Notes: generated by a model not told the origin, from the sequence alone. DNA of 64,000 bases from Bdellovibrionota bacterium (GCA_044347345.1 JBIKUX010000012.1:1-64000), one strand, 5' to 3'. Counted from the stretch's first letter, positions 11,101 through 21,546 are shown. Program-made: numbers and translations.

Positions 11101-12074
11101 TTCTATTATTTAATAACAATAGTGGCGTTTCCTTGCGAAATGTACTTCGCGGAACATCGGTAGCAATTTTACCACTAGTAGTTATAGCAGCAGCATATCT
11201 GCTTGGTTATCCAACTATCATATCAGGGCATCCACAGATGCCAATATATCTTCCAAGTGGGATTTTTTATCTCTCATGTATAATTTGTGGAATTGGAGGT
11301 AGTTTTATTTTTTCTCAAACTTTAAGTTTAAAATTAGTGGTGCCATTTATTATTATCTGTGGCTACGTTTTTACGGGCGTAGAGGCTGTATCACTCATGG
11401 ATCGAATGAATACAGTTTTTAAATTTTATTATCCTCTTTGGATTCTCTTCGGTATTACTTCTGCATGCCTAGGATATCAATTTTTTTTGAGTATAGATCG
11501 AAATAAATTTGTTAAATTTATTATTGTTATAAGTTGTATTATTGCTGGAATACCTCTTGCCTTATCTAGTATCGCCTTAATCGTTATTACTATGCAAACT
11601 GCTAGAGTTCAGGGGCCTAGACCTACTTTAAACGGTGCAAAATATTTAGAAAGAGAAAGCCCAGGAGATAACAAAATTGTTCAGTGGCTCAATTCTAATG
11701 TTGAAGGAACTCCAAATATAGCAGAGGCTCATGGAGACTCTTATGGTAATTTTGGTAGGATAACCATGATGACAGGCCTCCCTAGTATGATAGGTTGGTC
11801 ACATCATGTTTGGCAGCGTGGGATATCTCATTCTGAGATCAATGAACGAATAAAGGATTTACGACACATTTATCAAACTACTAATAGCTTTGAAGCTCAA
11901 GCACTTTTAAATAAATACAATATTCGCTTTATCATTTTTGGTGCAAGAGAACGACAAGCTTATGGCGAGGAAGGTCTTCAGAAATTTCTGAATTCATCTT
12001 TTTGCAAACAGATTGTCTATTGGCACGATCAAAATTCAGAGGACACTTTTCTATTTGAAGTTACCTTAGGATAA
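8136..12074 (+). CDS. GT-C (PMT/ArnT-like) glycosyltransferase fused to a DUF2298 / YYY membrane domain
   Basis: N-half FHPDER, LNPEFFAYGSLP, HFYTVD. C-half GEKPMDFSFL, PPSDPW, MYYYYF, EFPLWSFLFGDLHGH, RMNTVFKFY, GWSHHVWQ. Confidence 0.8.
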   Translation: MKDKHWLLCCLVIGVALRLTGLLHGIGFHPDERHIIMTTQKIGWHSLNPEFFAYGSLPFYSLRIASGLLSYIFPSAIEYENLFLVGRLLSVCIFIVTSLVMYRIAYELTKNKPTALGAVALLAVNPFHLQLSHFYTVDPILTATSLITLLGVIRTTNSGRYRDYLCMGIGFGLSFGTKISSLSLLLPITCAFLWDTYKRCRWKSWSLEYHLGIFLITSIVIFIIVEPYALLDFSRFYSDNRSQIEMVAGRWIPPYTIQYVNTPKYIYHIKQMGDHTIGWFILLASVIGSLIVMKSKSAPWTLILLWMTGTFAIIGGSYVKFPRYLLSLYPIIIILASTAFNHTGILLTKIFPIIPSKLRQLPLVIGILSTLTPSLALANLYLSEHSWIRVSRWMHQHLPPESTLINASWDDSLPVYTPNQSATSFKIKEAKWYNLNSNTEIHELATTLANGDFVIFATGRIPGSILRYQSNFYDQENEAQHRLAIAALNGLFSGNLGYTKYHTFKTYPTFLNYKWDTDLADESLSVYDHPKTFILKNSKRLSAETIFDQIQKVASNNIIQDKVSDKILTTPTTDELSPWPSSILAIIIWVFTIEGLALLWTPIIFSIWNVNPLTAFCFTRPSAMFVSMAIIWVAGSLLPLTITPNLIIIACLAVNAPFLPNLGNILRQHWRAYRLAALIWICPLLVCITIRSAAPEIYWGEKPMDFSFLNYFTRLDFLPPSDPWASNQPMYYYYFSYFMFGNLLKITGIDPAIGYNLSLTTIIPLLISSICGVLSLIIKSSRAVISWSIFIVASANIEAVLLLFSSDRNWNFDLFWATTRLFTEPGFTEFPLWSFLFGDLHGHVVALPIVTLILGHCIAINIPRYADKAFSIYTLLGIFSGILFITNAWDIVFCFSIILVSICIKICSQCTKNPYLNFPSNLIKSLFCEAYNAIGLIAGIIIIVIFQFTSGKGLPPNISWVTASEHNTAGMILRMYGHFIFILFGGGFFLLFNNNSGVSLRNVLRGTSVAILPLVVIAAAYLLGYPTIISGHPQMPIYLPSGIFYLSCIICGIGGSFIFSQTLSLKLVVPFIIICGYVFTGVEAVSLMDRMNTVFKFYYPLWILFGITSACLGYQFFLSIDRNKFVKFIIVISCIIAGIPLALSSIALIVITMQTARVQGPRPTLNGAKYLERESPGDNKIVQWLNSNVEGTPNIAEAHGDSYGNFGRITMMTGLPSMIGWSHHVWQRGISHSEINERIKDLRHIYQTTNSFEAQALLNKYNIRFIIFGARERQAYGEEGLQKFLNSSFCKQIVYWHDQNSEDTFLFEVTLG

Positions 12075-12103
12075 TTAGCGTCATTAATTTAAGTTTATTC
12101 CTC

Positions 12104-14236
12104 ATGACTCCACTTATCACCATTCCAATTCTTATATGTGTATTAGGTATTATTTCTAAAACAATTGGTGTTACTCCTTTTCCTGCTGTTATCTCAATTC
12201 TTCTTGTAGCTCCCCTTTTCGGCTACCTGTTATCTGCTGTTGGAATTCCTCTAGGTGGAATCACTTACTGTATGATACTAGTTGGCATTATTTGGCTTTT
12301 GTATTTCCTTAGAAAAAGGGTATGGGTAAGACTAAATACTTCCCCAACATTACAGCTCGACAATAGCAATAGGGACATAGCTATACTTTTTATTTGTGTA
12401 TTTTGCTTTTCTTATATTCTCTGCTTACGTTGGGCTGATTTTTTTCCGCTCGGTGAACGCCTGAGAGATTACGCAATTATAAGTGCGATAATTAGAGAGC
12501 CTTACAATACTCAAGAACCATGGATGGTAGGAGTTAGGCTGCCATACTATTTATATTGGTATCGATTTGGCCATTTTGTAGCGAGTTTGGGGGGATTTGA
12601 AACAGCAGAGGTTTACCATTCTTTGATTGCATTCCCTCAGGCATTCTTAATTAGTTGCCTCACCTATCTATTCATGCATCTTTGTGGAATAAAATTTGTA
12701 GTGTCTACTATATTTTCTTTAATTATTATCTGGGGCAGTAATTTAAAGGGGCTACTTATTTTCATCAAGAGTGTCAGTGGTTCAGATGTTCTTGATTGGG
12801 GTAGGTGGTGGGAAGCTTCGCGCGTTATTTCAGGTGCAATAACTGAATTTCCATCCTGGTCATTTATTCTAGGTGACGCTCATCCACATTTTATGAATCA
12901 AGGAATGTTTTTAGCTTATGTTTTAATAATAACAGCCGTCTCAAAAGCGCAAATTTCAGTTATCAGTAAAGTTTTAGCAACTACTATCGTGCTGTTTTTA
13001 GCTCTACCTTTTACCTTTATCGCTAATGCTTGGGAAACTCCGCTAGTAGGCTTATGTTTTTTGTCTCTTAGTCCGGTATTAAGCTCGCAGTTTATTAAAA
13101 GCTACAAACTAATTATTCATTCACAAAGCTCTAAACTTGATCTTACAAAAGGTGTCTCCTTTCTCACCGACATCGCAATTATACTGAGCATTTTGCTAAG
13201 TCTTTTCGTCAGTATATTTCTTATGGCGAAAGCAGTTCCCTCAGGTGGCACATTACTCAGACAAGTAACGCCACCAATTGCTCAAACTACAGTGAGTGAG
13301 CTACTTCTCCATTGGGGAGTCCCACTTGGACTACTTATTTTATCAATTGTCGCCTTACTACCTTCACGTGCAGAAAAAGTATTTGCAGTACTCACCTTAG
13401 GTCTTGGATTTTTAGCTTCTCCCGCTTTAGGACTCCTCCTAACTGTTCTTGTTTTGTTAACTCGCGAATGCACCGCTAATTGGCAAAAATTTTCAACCTC
13501 TGAGCAAGTTATATCATGCCTCGCTGTAGCCTCTCTGCTTCTTATCATCTTTCCAGAGATTGCCTTTTTAGATGACCCGTACGGAGGCGAAAATGAACGA
13601 ATGAATACGATTTTCAAGGTGTATTCATTTACTTGGCCAATTTTTTATTTTTCTGCCTTTGCATATTTACTCCGAGCTGGACAGAAGTACCACGTTCAAG
13701 GTCTTAGGTCTTTTCAACTATTATCATCTATAGCACTTTTTACTAGTTCAGTTCTCCTCTGCGGTTTTACAATCAGTTCGGCTTTAAAAGTACGAAAAGA
13801 AGGACATGAATTTTCATATAGTGGTGAAGGGCTTAATAGATTAGAGCAGGAATTTCCTGAAGCTCGTGAGACTATATACAAGCTACGCGCTCTTCCTTAT
13901 CCTTTAGTTGTAGCTGAGGCTGATGGTGGAGCGTATGATTGGTCGACTCATATAGCCACTCTGAGCCATCAGCAAGCATATCTTGGTTGGTCAAATCATC
14001 TTGGTCTCCTCACTAAGAATTACGGCGAAGTAGAAAGAAGAACCAAGATCCTCCAAACTCTATACGGGTCTAAATCCTGTGAGTTTAAAAATAACCTCGC
14101 CAAAGAGGAACATATCGATATTATTGTTTTTGGACCATTAGAAAAGAAAAAGTATCCAGCTATGACTGTTGCGGAATTTGCTTGTTTCTACCCCATTTAT
14201 GAGGGACTTAATTACTCCCTCTACAAAGTAAGGTAA
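12104..14236 (+). CDS. DUF2298 / YYY-family polytopic membrane protein
   Basis: GERLRDYAII, EPW...YYLYW, ITEFPSWSFILGDAHPH, RMNTIFKVY, LGWSNH. Confidence 0.8.
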   Translation: MTPLITIPILICVLGIISKTIGVTPFPAVISILLVAPLFGYLLSAVGIPLGGITYCMILVGIIWLLYFLRKRVWVRLNTSPTLQLDNSNRDIAILFICVFCFSYILCLRWADFFPLGERLRDYAIISAIIREPYNTQEPWMVGVRLPYYLYWYRFGHFVASLGGFETAEVYHSLIAFPQAFLISCLTYLFMHLCGIKFVVSTIFSLIIIWGSNLKGLLIFIKSVSGSDVLDWGRWWEASRVISGAITEFPSWSFILGDAHPHFMNQGMFLAYVLIITAVSKAQISVISKVLATTIVLFLALPFTFIANAWETPLVGLCFLSLSPVLSSQFIKSYKLIIHSQSSKLDLTKGVSFLTDIAIILSILLSLFVSIFLMAKAVPSGGTLLRQVTPPIAQTTVSELLLHWGVPLGLLILSIVALLPSRAEKVFAVLTLGLGFLASPALGLLLTVLVLLTRECTANWQKFSTSEQVISCLAVASLLLIIFPEIAFLDDPYGGENERMNTIFKVYSFTWPIFYFSAFAYLLRAGQKYHVQGLRSFQLLSSIALFTSSVLLCGFTISSALKVRKEGHEFSYSGEGLNRLEQEFPEARETIYKLRALPYPLVVAEADGGAYDWSTHIATLSHQQAYLGWSNHLGLLTKNYGEVERRTKILQTLYGSKSCEFKNNLAKEEHIDIIVFGPLEKKKYPAMTVAEFACFYPIYEGLNYSLYKVR

Positions 14237-14401
14237 CAAAGACAAAAGTTCTATATAGCAACAATAGTGTTTATTTGGCCTGAAAGATTCTGCCATACCA
14301 CATTAACTTTTATAGTTAAATTTTCTTGAATTTAACTCATCTTATGAGCTTTAATAACGACTGTTTTTCAACTCTCAATAATCATTTCAGGAGAAATACT
14401 G

Positions 14402-14767
14402 ATGAGTAAATTAGGAAGAAGAGGTTTTATTACCAAAGGAATTACCGCTGTTTCAGCTATTGCAGCAGCAAAGATTGTTGGATCTTCTTCAGAGGCGCTA
14501 GCAGCAAGCACAGCTGTTGATCCACAGTCACCTCAAGCTCAAGCTCTTGGATATATACATGATGCTACAAAAGTTGATCTTGTTAAATTTCCCAAAAAAG
14601 CGGGAGAAGAAGGAAAAAAACAAGTATGTAGTAACTGCATATTCTACTCTAATGGAGGCCAAAAAGTGGCCGGTGTTGATGGAGAATGGGGAGGATGCGC
14701 ATTATTTACCGGCAATTTAGTAAACGCCAAAGGTTGGTGTAATTCATGGGCACCAAAACCTCAATAA
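14402..14767 (+). CDS. High-potential iron-sulfur protein (HiPIP), Tat-exported
   Basis: Twin-Arg signal GRRGFI...ALA; AQALGY; four Cys in CSNC...GCALF...GWCNSW; AGGAG RBS. Confidence 0.9.
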   Translation: MSKLGRRGFITKGITAVSAIAAAKIVGSSSEALAASTAVDPQSPQAQALGYIHDATKVDLVKFPKKAGEEGKKQVCSNCIFYSNGGQKVAGVDGEWGGCALFTGNLVNAKGWCNSWAPKPQ

Positions 14768-14791
14768 AATTATCTTTATAAGCACCGAATC

Positions 14792-15481
14792 ATGAGTGAA
14801 GCTAAAGCTTGTAACAATACAGAAAACCTTTCCTACAAAAGAATTTCTCTCGAGTTTCCTTCACCAGAGCGACATCTTTTGCTTCACTCGTGCTGCGCTC
14901 CATGCGCTGGAGAAATTATGGAGGCTGTTGCTGCTTCCAACATAAAAACAACCCTTTTTTTCTATAATCCTAATATTCATCCAAAAGATGAATATGACCT
15001 TAGAAAAGACGAAAATAAGCGGTTTGCTGAGAAACTAGGATTCGACTTTGTTGATGCTGACTATGATACCGACAACTGGTTCACCAGAGCTCGTGGCTTG
15101 GAGAATGAACCAGAGCGCGGTCTCAGATGTACCATGTGTTTCGATATGCGCTTTGAAAGAACAGCCTTATATGCCAGCGAAAATGGTTTCTCTGTTATTT
15201 CAAGCACATTAGGAATATCGCGCTGGAAAAATATGGAGCAAATTAACGAATGTGGCATTCGGGCAGCATCTAACTATCCCCTTATGCACTATTGGACTAT
15301 TAACTGGCGTAAAGGAGGCGGATCAGCTCGTATGATTGAAATAGCTAAGCGAGAGCAATTTTATCAACAAGAATACTGCGGTTGCGTCTATAGTCTGCGT
15401 GATACTAATCGATGGAGAAAATCAAGAAATAGAGACATTATTAGACGAGGTTTAAAGTTCTACGGATGCGACGTAGAATAA
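14792..15481 (+). CDS. queH: Epoxyqueuosine reductase QueH (DUF208)
   Basis: [32 protein letters not shown]. Confidence 0.93.
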   Translation: MSEAKACNNTENLSYKRISLEFPSPERHLLLHSCCAPCAGEIMEAVAASNIKTTLFFYNPNIHPKDEYDLRKDENKRFAEKLGFDFVDADYDTDNWFTRARGLENEPERGLRCTMCFDMRFERTALYASENGFSVISSTLGISRWKNMEQINECGIRAASNYPLMHYWTINWRKGGGSARMIEIAKREQFYQQEYCGCVYSLRDTNRWRKSRNRDIIRRGLKFYGCDVE

Positions 15482-15485
15482 ACAG

Positions 15486-15525
15486 TGTAGAGTAAAAAAC
15501 TTATTTTCTAGTTTTTTACTCTACA
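15486..15525. terminator. Perfect 16-bp inverted repeat between convergent queH and nrdB; probable bidirectional terminator
   Basis: TGTAGAGTAAAAAACT-tattttct-AGTTTTTTACTCTACA. Confidence 0.65.
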
Positions 15526-15552
15526 TTAGGTAATGTAAGCTACTTATATAAA

Positions 15553-16587
15553 CTACCAAACCAACGCAGCTGCTGTTTGATATTCAGTAACTCTAGTTTC
15601 AAAAAAGTTTTTCTCTTTTTGCAAATCAATAGTTTCGCTCATCCAAGGAAAAGGATTTTTCGAGTTATACTGCTTTGGTAAACCAATACGCTCGAGACGA
15701 CGATCCGCAATAAATTCTACGTAATCACGAAACATTGGAGCGCTCAAACCCAAAATCCCTTTTGGTAAACAGTCGCATGCATATTTATATTCTAATTCTA
15801 CTGCTTGCCTAATTTTAGCTACAAGATGATCCTTGAACTTGGGTGTCCAAAGATGTGGATTTTCCTCCTTGATACCATTTATTAGATCAATACCAAAGTT
15901 AAGATGAATAGTCTCATCACGTAAAATATACTGAAATTGCTCCCCGATTCCTGTCATTTTATTTTGACGCAAAAATGATAATATCATTACGAAACCGCTG
16001 TAGAAGAAGATTCCCTCCATTATCACGTAAAAGCCAACAAGATTTTCAAGAAATTTTTGAGCTCCCTCTGGGGTATCTGTAGAAAAATTTGGACTAAGAA
16101 CATCAGCCGTGAGCTGCATCTCAAATTCATCCTTCGCATGAATAGAATTTACTTCATTATACATGTTAAAGACTTCACCCTCGTCAAGAGCTAGAGACTC
16201 AACTACATAATGAAACGTGTGTGTATGTACAGCTTCCTCAAAAGCCTGACGCAATAAGTACTGCCTGCACTCTGGATTTGTAATAAACTTAAAAATAGCT
16301 AGGGTTATATTATTACCTACTAAACTTTCTGCAGTACTAAAAAAACCTAAATTCCTCATTATAACCAGTCGTTCAGCGTCACTGAGCTTATCTGATTTCC
16401 ACAATTCAATATCTTTTGACATTGGTACCTCGGTTGGTAGCCAATTATTGTTACAGCCATTTAAATAATGCTCCCATGCCCAATGATACTTTAATGGCAT
16501 AAGCTGATTAACATCTACTTGGTTGGCATTAATTAATCTTTTACTCTGAGGATCTACTCTTAGTGAACGGCCCTTGATATTTGACAT
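15553..16587 (-). CDS. nrdB: Ribonucleotide reductase beta subunit, class Ic (R2c, Mn/Fe) type
   Basis: [47 protein letters not shown]. Start MSNIK at 16587 follows AAGGA. Confidence 0.95.
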   Translation of the reverse strand: MSNIKGRSLRVDPQSKRLINANQVDVNQLMPLKYHWAWEHYLNGCNNNWLPTEVPMSKDIELWKSDKLSDAERLVIMRNLGFFSTAESLVGNNITLAIFKFITNPECRQYLLRQAFEEAVHTHTFHYVVESLALDEGEVFNMYNEVNSIHAKDEFEMQLTADVLSPNFSTDTPEGAQKFLENLVGFYVIMEGIFFYSGFVMILSFLRQNKMTGIGEQFQYILRDETIHLNFGIDLINGIKEENPHLWTPKFKDHLVAKIRQAVELEYKYACDCLPKGILGLSAPMFRDYVEFIADRRLERIGLPKQYNSKNPFPWMSETIDLQKEKNFFETRVTEYQTAAALVW

Positions 16588-16641
16588 AGTATTGTTCCTT
16601 TTTAAAAACAAATTGTTTGTATCTCGATAAATTCAATTTAA

Positions 16642-19600
16642 TTATTGACAACTTTCACACTCACCATCCAAGTTACAAGACTTGCCTTCAGTCATTAAAT
16701 AAGTAGTTGAAGCTACTTCATTACGCTCAACTGTCACATTTGATGAAGCTGACTTGTTTTTCATCCAGCGAGGTTGTAACCCTCGCCTATTTATATCGGT
16801 GGTAGATTTTTCAATCTGAGTTGCCCCGAGAGATCTCAGATAGTAAGTAGTCTTTAATCCTCGTCGCCATGCAAGAAAATACATGTCATTAAGCTTTTTA
16901 CCATTTGGCTCTGCAATATAAAGATTTAACGATTGACCCATATCTATCCATTTTTGCCGACGACTAGCACATTCAATCAGCCACTCTGGTTCAATCTCAA
17001 AAGCACACTGGTATAATCTCTTTACATGATCGGGAATCCGGTCAATCTCTTGGATAGAGCCATCAAAGTATTTGAGATCATCAATCATCTCTAAATCCCA
17101 AATACCAAGCCTTTTAAGTTCCCGCACCAGATGGTCATTATGAACTAAAAACTCTCCAGAAAGATTGGATTTTGAAAACAGATGTTTATACATCGGCTCA
17201 ATAGACTGGGTAACTCCTGTTATATTAGATATGGTTGCTGTTGGAGCTATAGCCATAGTATTACTGTTACGCATGCCGTATAAACGAACAGCCTCACGCA
17301 CTTTATCCCAATCAAGCGTAGTGGTTGTACTTACTTCGAGCCACTCCCCTCCTCTGTCCTCAATAAGTAAATCTAAAGTATCAATCGGCAATAATCCGCG
17401 ATCCCACTTTGATCCCTTGTAAGTTGGATAGGAACCTCGCTCTCTAGCAAGTTCAGTTGAGCCGAGTATGGCGTAGTACGAAATCATCTCCATACTTTTA
17501 TCCGCAAATTCAACAGCCTCAGGACTGCTATACGGAATATTCTGAACATATAGAGCATCTTGAAATCCCATCAAACCAAGACCAACCGGTCTATGACGAA
17601 GATTTGCATTCTTAGCCTCCTCAATCGGATAGAAATTTAAATCAATTACGTTATCAAGCATCCGAATTGCTGTTTGCACACAACTCGAAAGTAATTTTTC
17701 GTCGATACCATCCTCTGAAACAAATTCAACTAAATTGATAGAACCAAGATTACATACAGCTACTTCGTCATTTGAAGTATTTAAAAGAATCTCCGTACAG
17801 AGATTTGAACTGTGAACTACCCCAGTATGATCTTGTGGCGAGCGAATATTAGAAGGATCTTTAAAAGTAATCCAAGGATGTCCAGTTTCAAATAACATAC
17901 TTAACATCTTGCGCCATAACTGAATGGCTTCGATTCGCTTGAAAAGCTTGATAGTTCCTTCATCTGCCATTTTCTCATAGCAAATGTACTTTTCTTCAAA
18001 TGATTTTCCGTATAAATCATGTAAGTCGGGTACATCACTTGGATTAAATAACGTCCAAGATCCGTTTTCTTGAACACGCTTCATGAATAGATCAGGAATC
18101 CAATTAGCAGTATTCATATCATGAGTACGCCGTCTTTCATCTCCCGTATTTTTACGCAATTCTAAAAAGTCTTCGATATCAAGATGCCACGTCTCAAGAT
18201 AAGCACACATCGCTCCTTTACGTTTTCCACCTTGATTAACTGCAACTGCCGTATCATTTGCTACTTTAAGGAAAGGAATTACTCCCTGACTTCTTCCATT
18301 AGTGCCTTTGATCCATGCTCCAGTTGCTCTCACATTTGTCCAATCATTACCAAGCCCGCCAGCCCACTTCGATAGTTGTGCATCATCAGATATTGACTTA
18401 AAAATATGGTGTAAATCATCCATCACAGTAGATAGATAACAGCTACTCATCTGAGAGTGGAGAGTACCTGAATTAAATAATGTTGGCGTGCTAGATACGA
18501 ACTGAAACTGAGATAATATATTATAGAACTGTATAGCACGAATATTACGATCTTCCCCCTCATTTAAGCTCAATCCCATCGCCACTCTCATCCAAAAATA
18601 CTGTGGAGTTTCAAAACGACGCTCCTTTTCGTGGAGTAGGTATCTATCATAAAGAGTTTGTAATCCTAAGTACTGAAATTTTAAATCTCGCTCTAATACG
18701 ATAGCGTCTGCTAAGGCATCGAGATCGAAATCTTTTAAGTTTGGTGAAAGTCGCTCGTGACTTATACCAAATCGAATAGCTTCAGCGAATCCTCGCTTAT
18801 GCAATGTAGAAAGATTAATATCATCAGCAGAGCACCCTATAGCCTCCCTGTATAGGGCATCCAGTAAAAGGCGAGCCGCAACATAAGAATAAGCCGGATC
18901 GAGTTCAATCTTCGCTCTAGCCGCCATGATATTTGACGTATCTACCTCTTCCTCCCTTATTCCCTCGTAAAAATTACGTATTGAATCTTCAAGCACTTCT
19001 TCAGAGGAAACGGAATTTTCAAAATCTCGGCAAGCATGTTTGATCCGACTCCGAAGGAGAGATTCAGTTATGTGTGTGGTTGTGCCATCTTTAGCTGTAG
19101 CATTGAAAATTCTACCCTGTGCCTTAACATCAGAAGCTTCTACCTTATTGCTTCCTTCAACCTGACTATTCTGTCCCTCTGAAGTTATCGCCTGAGTCAG
19201 TACTGCATGCTCTCTCAGTTCAGCTCTTTTCGACCGATAAAGGATGAAGCGCTTTGCCACCGCAAAAAACTTTTCATCCATTAGCTCCTTCTCTATCTCA
19301 TCTTGGATTGTCTCTACACCAATTGTGCGTTGATCATCTGCAACATCCACACATCGAGATACAACTTTATTTGTAATAAGATTAACTGCAGAAACTACTC
19401 GCTCAACAGGAAAGTCTCCAGCCTGTTCAGAATTTAAAAACGCCGCCTCAACAGCAGCACCTATCTTCATCGGATTAAAGCGCACGACTGTCTTACCGTC
19501 CCGACGGATTACCTTTAGATTTTCAGGAGAATCATCACGTAAGGTCTTGTGGTGGTCTCTATATAAGATGTACGAACGAGCCACGTCATAGTAAGACAGC

Positions 19601-20025
19601 TCCATTAATTTTCTCTCAACGATATCCTGGATCTCCTCAACCGTAATGCTGGCAGAATTCTTTCGTGTAGAACCTGACTCCTCACTAAATCGATTTTTAA
19701 TTGTAGCAACTACAAGATCAGCTACTTTCAAAACAGCCGTGTGGATATCTTGTGGAAGAGGAGCAGATGTGGGTACCGAGTGTACCTCTCGGAACGCTCC
19801 ACTTATGGCGTTTATAACGCGCTCTAAACGAAATGGTACAATAAGGCCATTTCGCTTAACTACCGTGACTCTAGCTAACGCTGAATCTAAACGACCAACA
19901 ACAGTTAAGTTTGCCGAGACTTCTCCCACTAGCGAAGGGTCGTTCTGCTTTACCTCAAACTGAGCCTCGACTCTAGTTATTGACTCTGCTTTCGCTCGGT
20001 TGTGAACGGCTAACTTTTTCATCAT
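16642..20025 (-). CDS. nrdA: Ribonucleotide reductase alpha subunit with three N-terminal ATP-cone-like domains
   Basis: VVKRNG, VIRRDG and degenerate TAKDG cones; [34 protein letters not shown]-terminal CESCQ. Confidence 0.96.
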   Translation of the reverse strand: MMKKLAVHNRAKAESITRVEAQFEVKQNDPSLVGEVSANLTVVGRLDSALARVTVVKRNGLIVPFRLERVINAISGAFREVHSVPTSAPLPQDIHTAVLKVADLVVATIKNRFSEESGSTRKNSASITVEEIQDIVERKLMELSYYDVARSYILYRDHHKTLRDDSPENLKVIRRDGKTVVRFNPMKIGAAVEAAFLNSEQAGDFPVERVVSAVNLITNKVVSRCVDVADDQRTIGVETIQDEIEKELMDEKFFAVAKRFILYRSKRAELREHAVLTQAITSEGQNSQVEGSNKVEASDVKAQGRIFNATAKDGTTTHITESLLRSRIKHACRDFENSVSSEEVLEDSIRNFYEGIREEEVDTSNIMAARAKIELDPAYSYVAARLLLDALYREAIGCSADDINLSTLHKRGFAEAIRFGISHERLSPNLKDFDLDALADAIVLERDLKFQYLGLQTLYDRYLLHEKERRFETPQYFWMRVAMGLSLNEGEDRNIRAIQFYNILSQFQFVSSTPTLFNSGTLHSQMSSCYLSTVMDDLHHIFKSISDDAQLSKWAGGLGNDWTNVRATGAWIKGTNGRSQGVIPFLKVANDTAVAVNQGGKRKGAMCAYLETWHLDIEDFLELRKNTGDERRRTHDMNTANWIPDLFMKRVQENGSWTLFNPSDVPDLHDLYGKSFEEKYICYEKMADEGTIKLFKRIEAIQLWRKMLSMLFETGHPWITFKDPSNIRSPQDHTGVVHSSNLCTEILLNTSNDEVAVCNLGSINLVEFVSEDGIDEKLLSSCVQTAIRMLDNVIDLNFYPIEEAKNANLRHRPVGLGLMGFQDALYVQNIPYSSPEAVEFADKSMEMISYYAILGSTELARERGSYPTYKGSKWDRGLLPIDTLDLLIEDRGGEWLEVSTTTTLDWDKVREAVRLYGMRNSNTMAIAPTATISNITGVTQSIEPMYKHLFSKSNLSGEFLVHNDHLVRELKRLGIWDLEMIDDLKYFDGSIQEIDRIPDHVKRLYQCAFEIEPEWLIECASRRQKWIDMGQSLNLYIAEPNGKKLNDMYFLAWRRGLKTTYYLRSLGATQIEKSTTDINRRGLQPRWMKNKSASSNVTVERNEVASTTYLMTEGKSCNLDGECESCQ

Positions 20026-20091
20026 TATCTTTCCCGCTGTACGGAACCTATCATCATTATTTTTGTATTTTTGTTCTATAATAAAGCTTTA

Positions 20092-20140
20092 ACACAATAT
20101 CTTGTGGTTACTTTACCAGTAGAGCCCCAATATATGGGGT
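20092..20140. promoter_or_regulatory. Tandem NrdR boxes upstream of nrdA
   Basis: ACACAATATCTTGTGG (20092-20107) and CCCCAATATATGGGGT (20125-20140) fit acaCwAtATaTwGtg; starts are 33 bp apart. Confidence 0.85.
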
Positions 20141-20376
20141 TTATCAAGAATCTGTAAATTGTAGGAATAGAAAATAGATAAAAAAATTACAAAAAAGATA
20201 TATCAACTAGGTAAGCTACTGAAAACCATTTGTTTCATTTTAATCAAACCTTGGTTTAATAATACGCGCTCAAAAATTATCCAGTGGCGATGCGTGAGTT
20301 CCTATGAAGCAACACTTATTTTCTGCCGACCCAAAACAAAGCTAGAAGTTTTTTCCTAAAAGGTACTTTAAGTAAA

Positions 20377-21546
20377 ATGGAGCAAAGCATTACAGACACA
20401 AGGGGTTCAGATCTTAATCTTACATTTATGTTTTTAAATCATCTAAATGCAGGATTTCAAGCTTCATACATTGGATTAAGATTTCTTCGCGATTGTGGTT
20501 CAACAGCTATTTCTGACCAATATTTCACCTATCCAGTGTCAATGCTTGGAAAAATTAGTGGCTGGATTATTGAACTAAGTCGTCAAAAACCTCTATTAGA
20601 AATCAAGTGGACAGAACCACAAAGCAATGATGCTAAAGAAGCTTTCAGCGCGCTTGATACGCTCAAAACAGATCTCATAAATTGGCAAGCAGAACTTAAT
20701 CGTATTTTTCTCAAAGTTTCATCGGATATTAGTGATGAAGATATTCGTATCATAATTTCACAATACGCCAGATGCACTTACGCACAAGCGTATTTTCTGC
20801 GAGGGCTACTTTTCTTTGGCAAAGCGCTTGGTGCCGAACAAACTGTTGATGAATTAAGTAAATTGGCACCTAATGCTGACGCCGACTTAAACACCACACA
20901 TAAACTACTTCAATCATTTAAAGAAAATCCAAAAGATAATGACCTTCGTAAATATACGCGTGAGATCGCGCATGAAATACCCCTTCGTTTTGCAGCTCAA
21001 ATTCACGACATAAATATACTTCTATCCACTTATGACAACGGTTTTACCTACGAGCGAGCCGGAGTACCAAACGATGAAATACCGCTTTGGGCTTCAAGAG
21101 GCTTTCAACCTGTACTAACTAGTTACTGGAGGTCTAATGGCTTTTCTGCTAATGAGGCTGAAGCATGGCATAAAGCTGGTGTACAGAATGCTGTACTAGC
21201 TCGAGAGTGGAGAAGACACGCATTTACACCAGAAACTGCTGTGGCTTGGATATTAGCAAATGTGAATCCCATCGAGGCGAGCAAGAGAACTGCCAATGGC
21301 GAAAAGCCACCACAACCAAATACATCAACTTATTCATCTGTTTTATCTGATATAAACAACGATATCACGACAGGGGAATCAATTAATTTAGATCTACTAC
21401 TAAGTGATGATCAAAAAAAGTTATCTGATGAGAGCAAACAGCCTCTTCCGTTCATGGATAAAAATTTACAAGGTGAAAAAAATATATTAACGCGACTACA
21501 AACAACCTCTGGACAAATAATTAGTGGAAAAAAGATTCAACAATAA
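20377..21546 (+). CDS. Hypothetical protein with Trp-anchored ~13-aa tandem repeats
   Basis: 389-aa ORF divergent from nrdA; WxxxG(F/V)xxxxAxx repeats. Confidence 0.7.
   Translation: MEQSITDTRGSDLNLTFMFLNHLNAGFQASYIGLRFLRDCGSTAISDQYFTYPVSMLGKISGWIIELSRQKPLLEIKWTEPQSNDAKEAFSALDTLKTDLINWQAELNRIFLKVSSDISDEDIRIIISQYARCTYAQAYFLRGLLFFGKALGAEQTVDELSKLAPNADADLNTTHKLLQSFKENPKDNDLRKYTREIAHEIPLRFAAQIHDINILLSTYDNGFTYERAGVPNDEIPLWASRGFQPVLTSYWRSNGFSANEAEAWHKAGVQNAVLAREWRRHAFTPETAVAWILANVNPIEASKRTANGEKPPQPNTSTYSSVLSDINNDITTGESINLDLLLSDDQKKLSDESKQPLPFMDKNLQGEKNILTRLQTTSGQIISGKKIQQ

Noticed and set aside
14402-16587. HiPIP as electron donor for activation of the neighbouring R2c
   Set aside because: The HiPIP has a Tat export signal and the genes are convergent with a hairpin between them; compartments differ.
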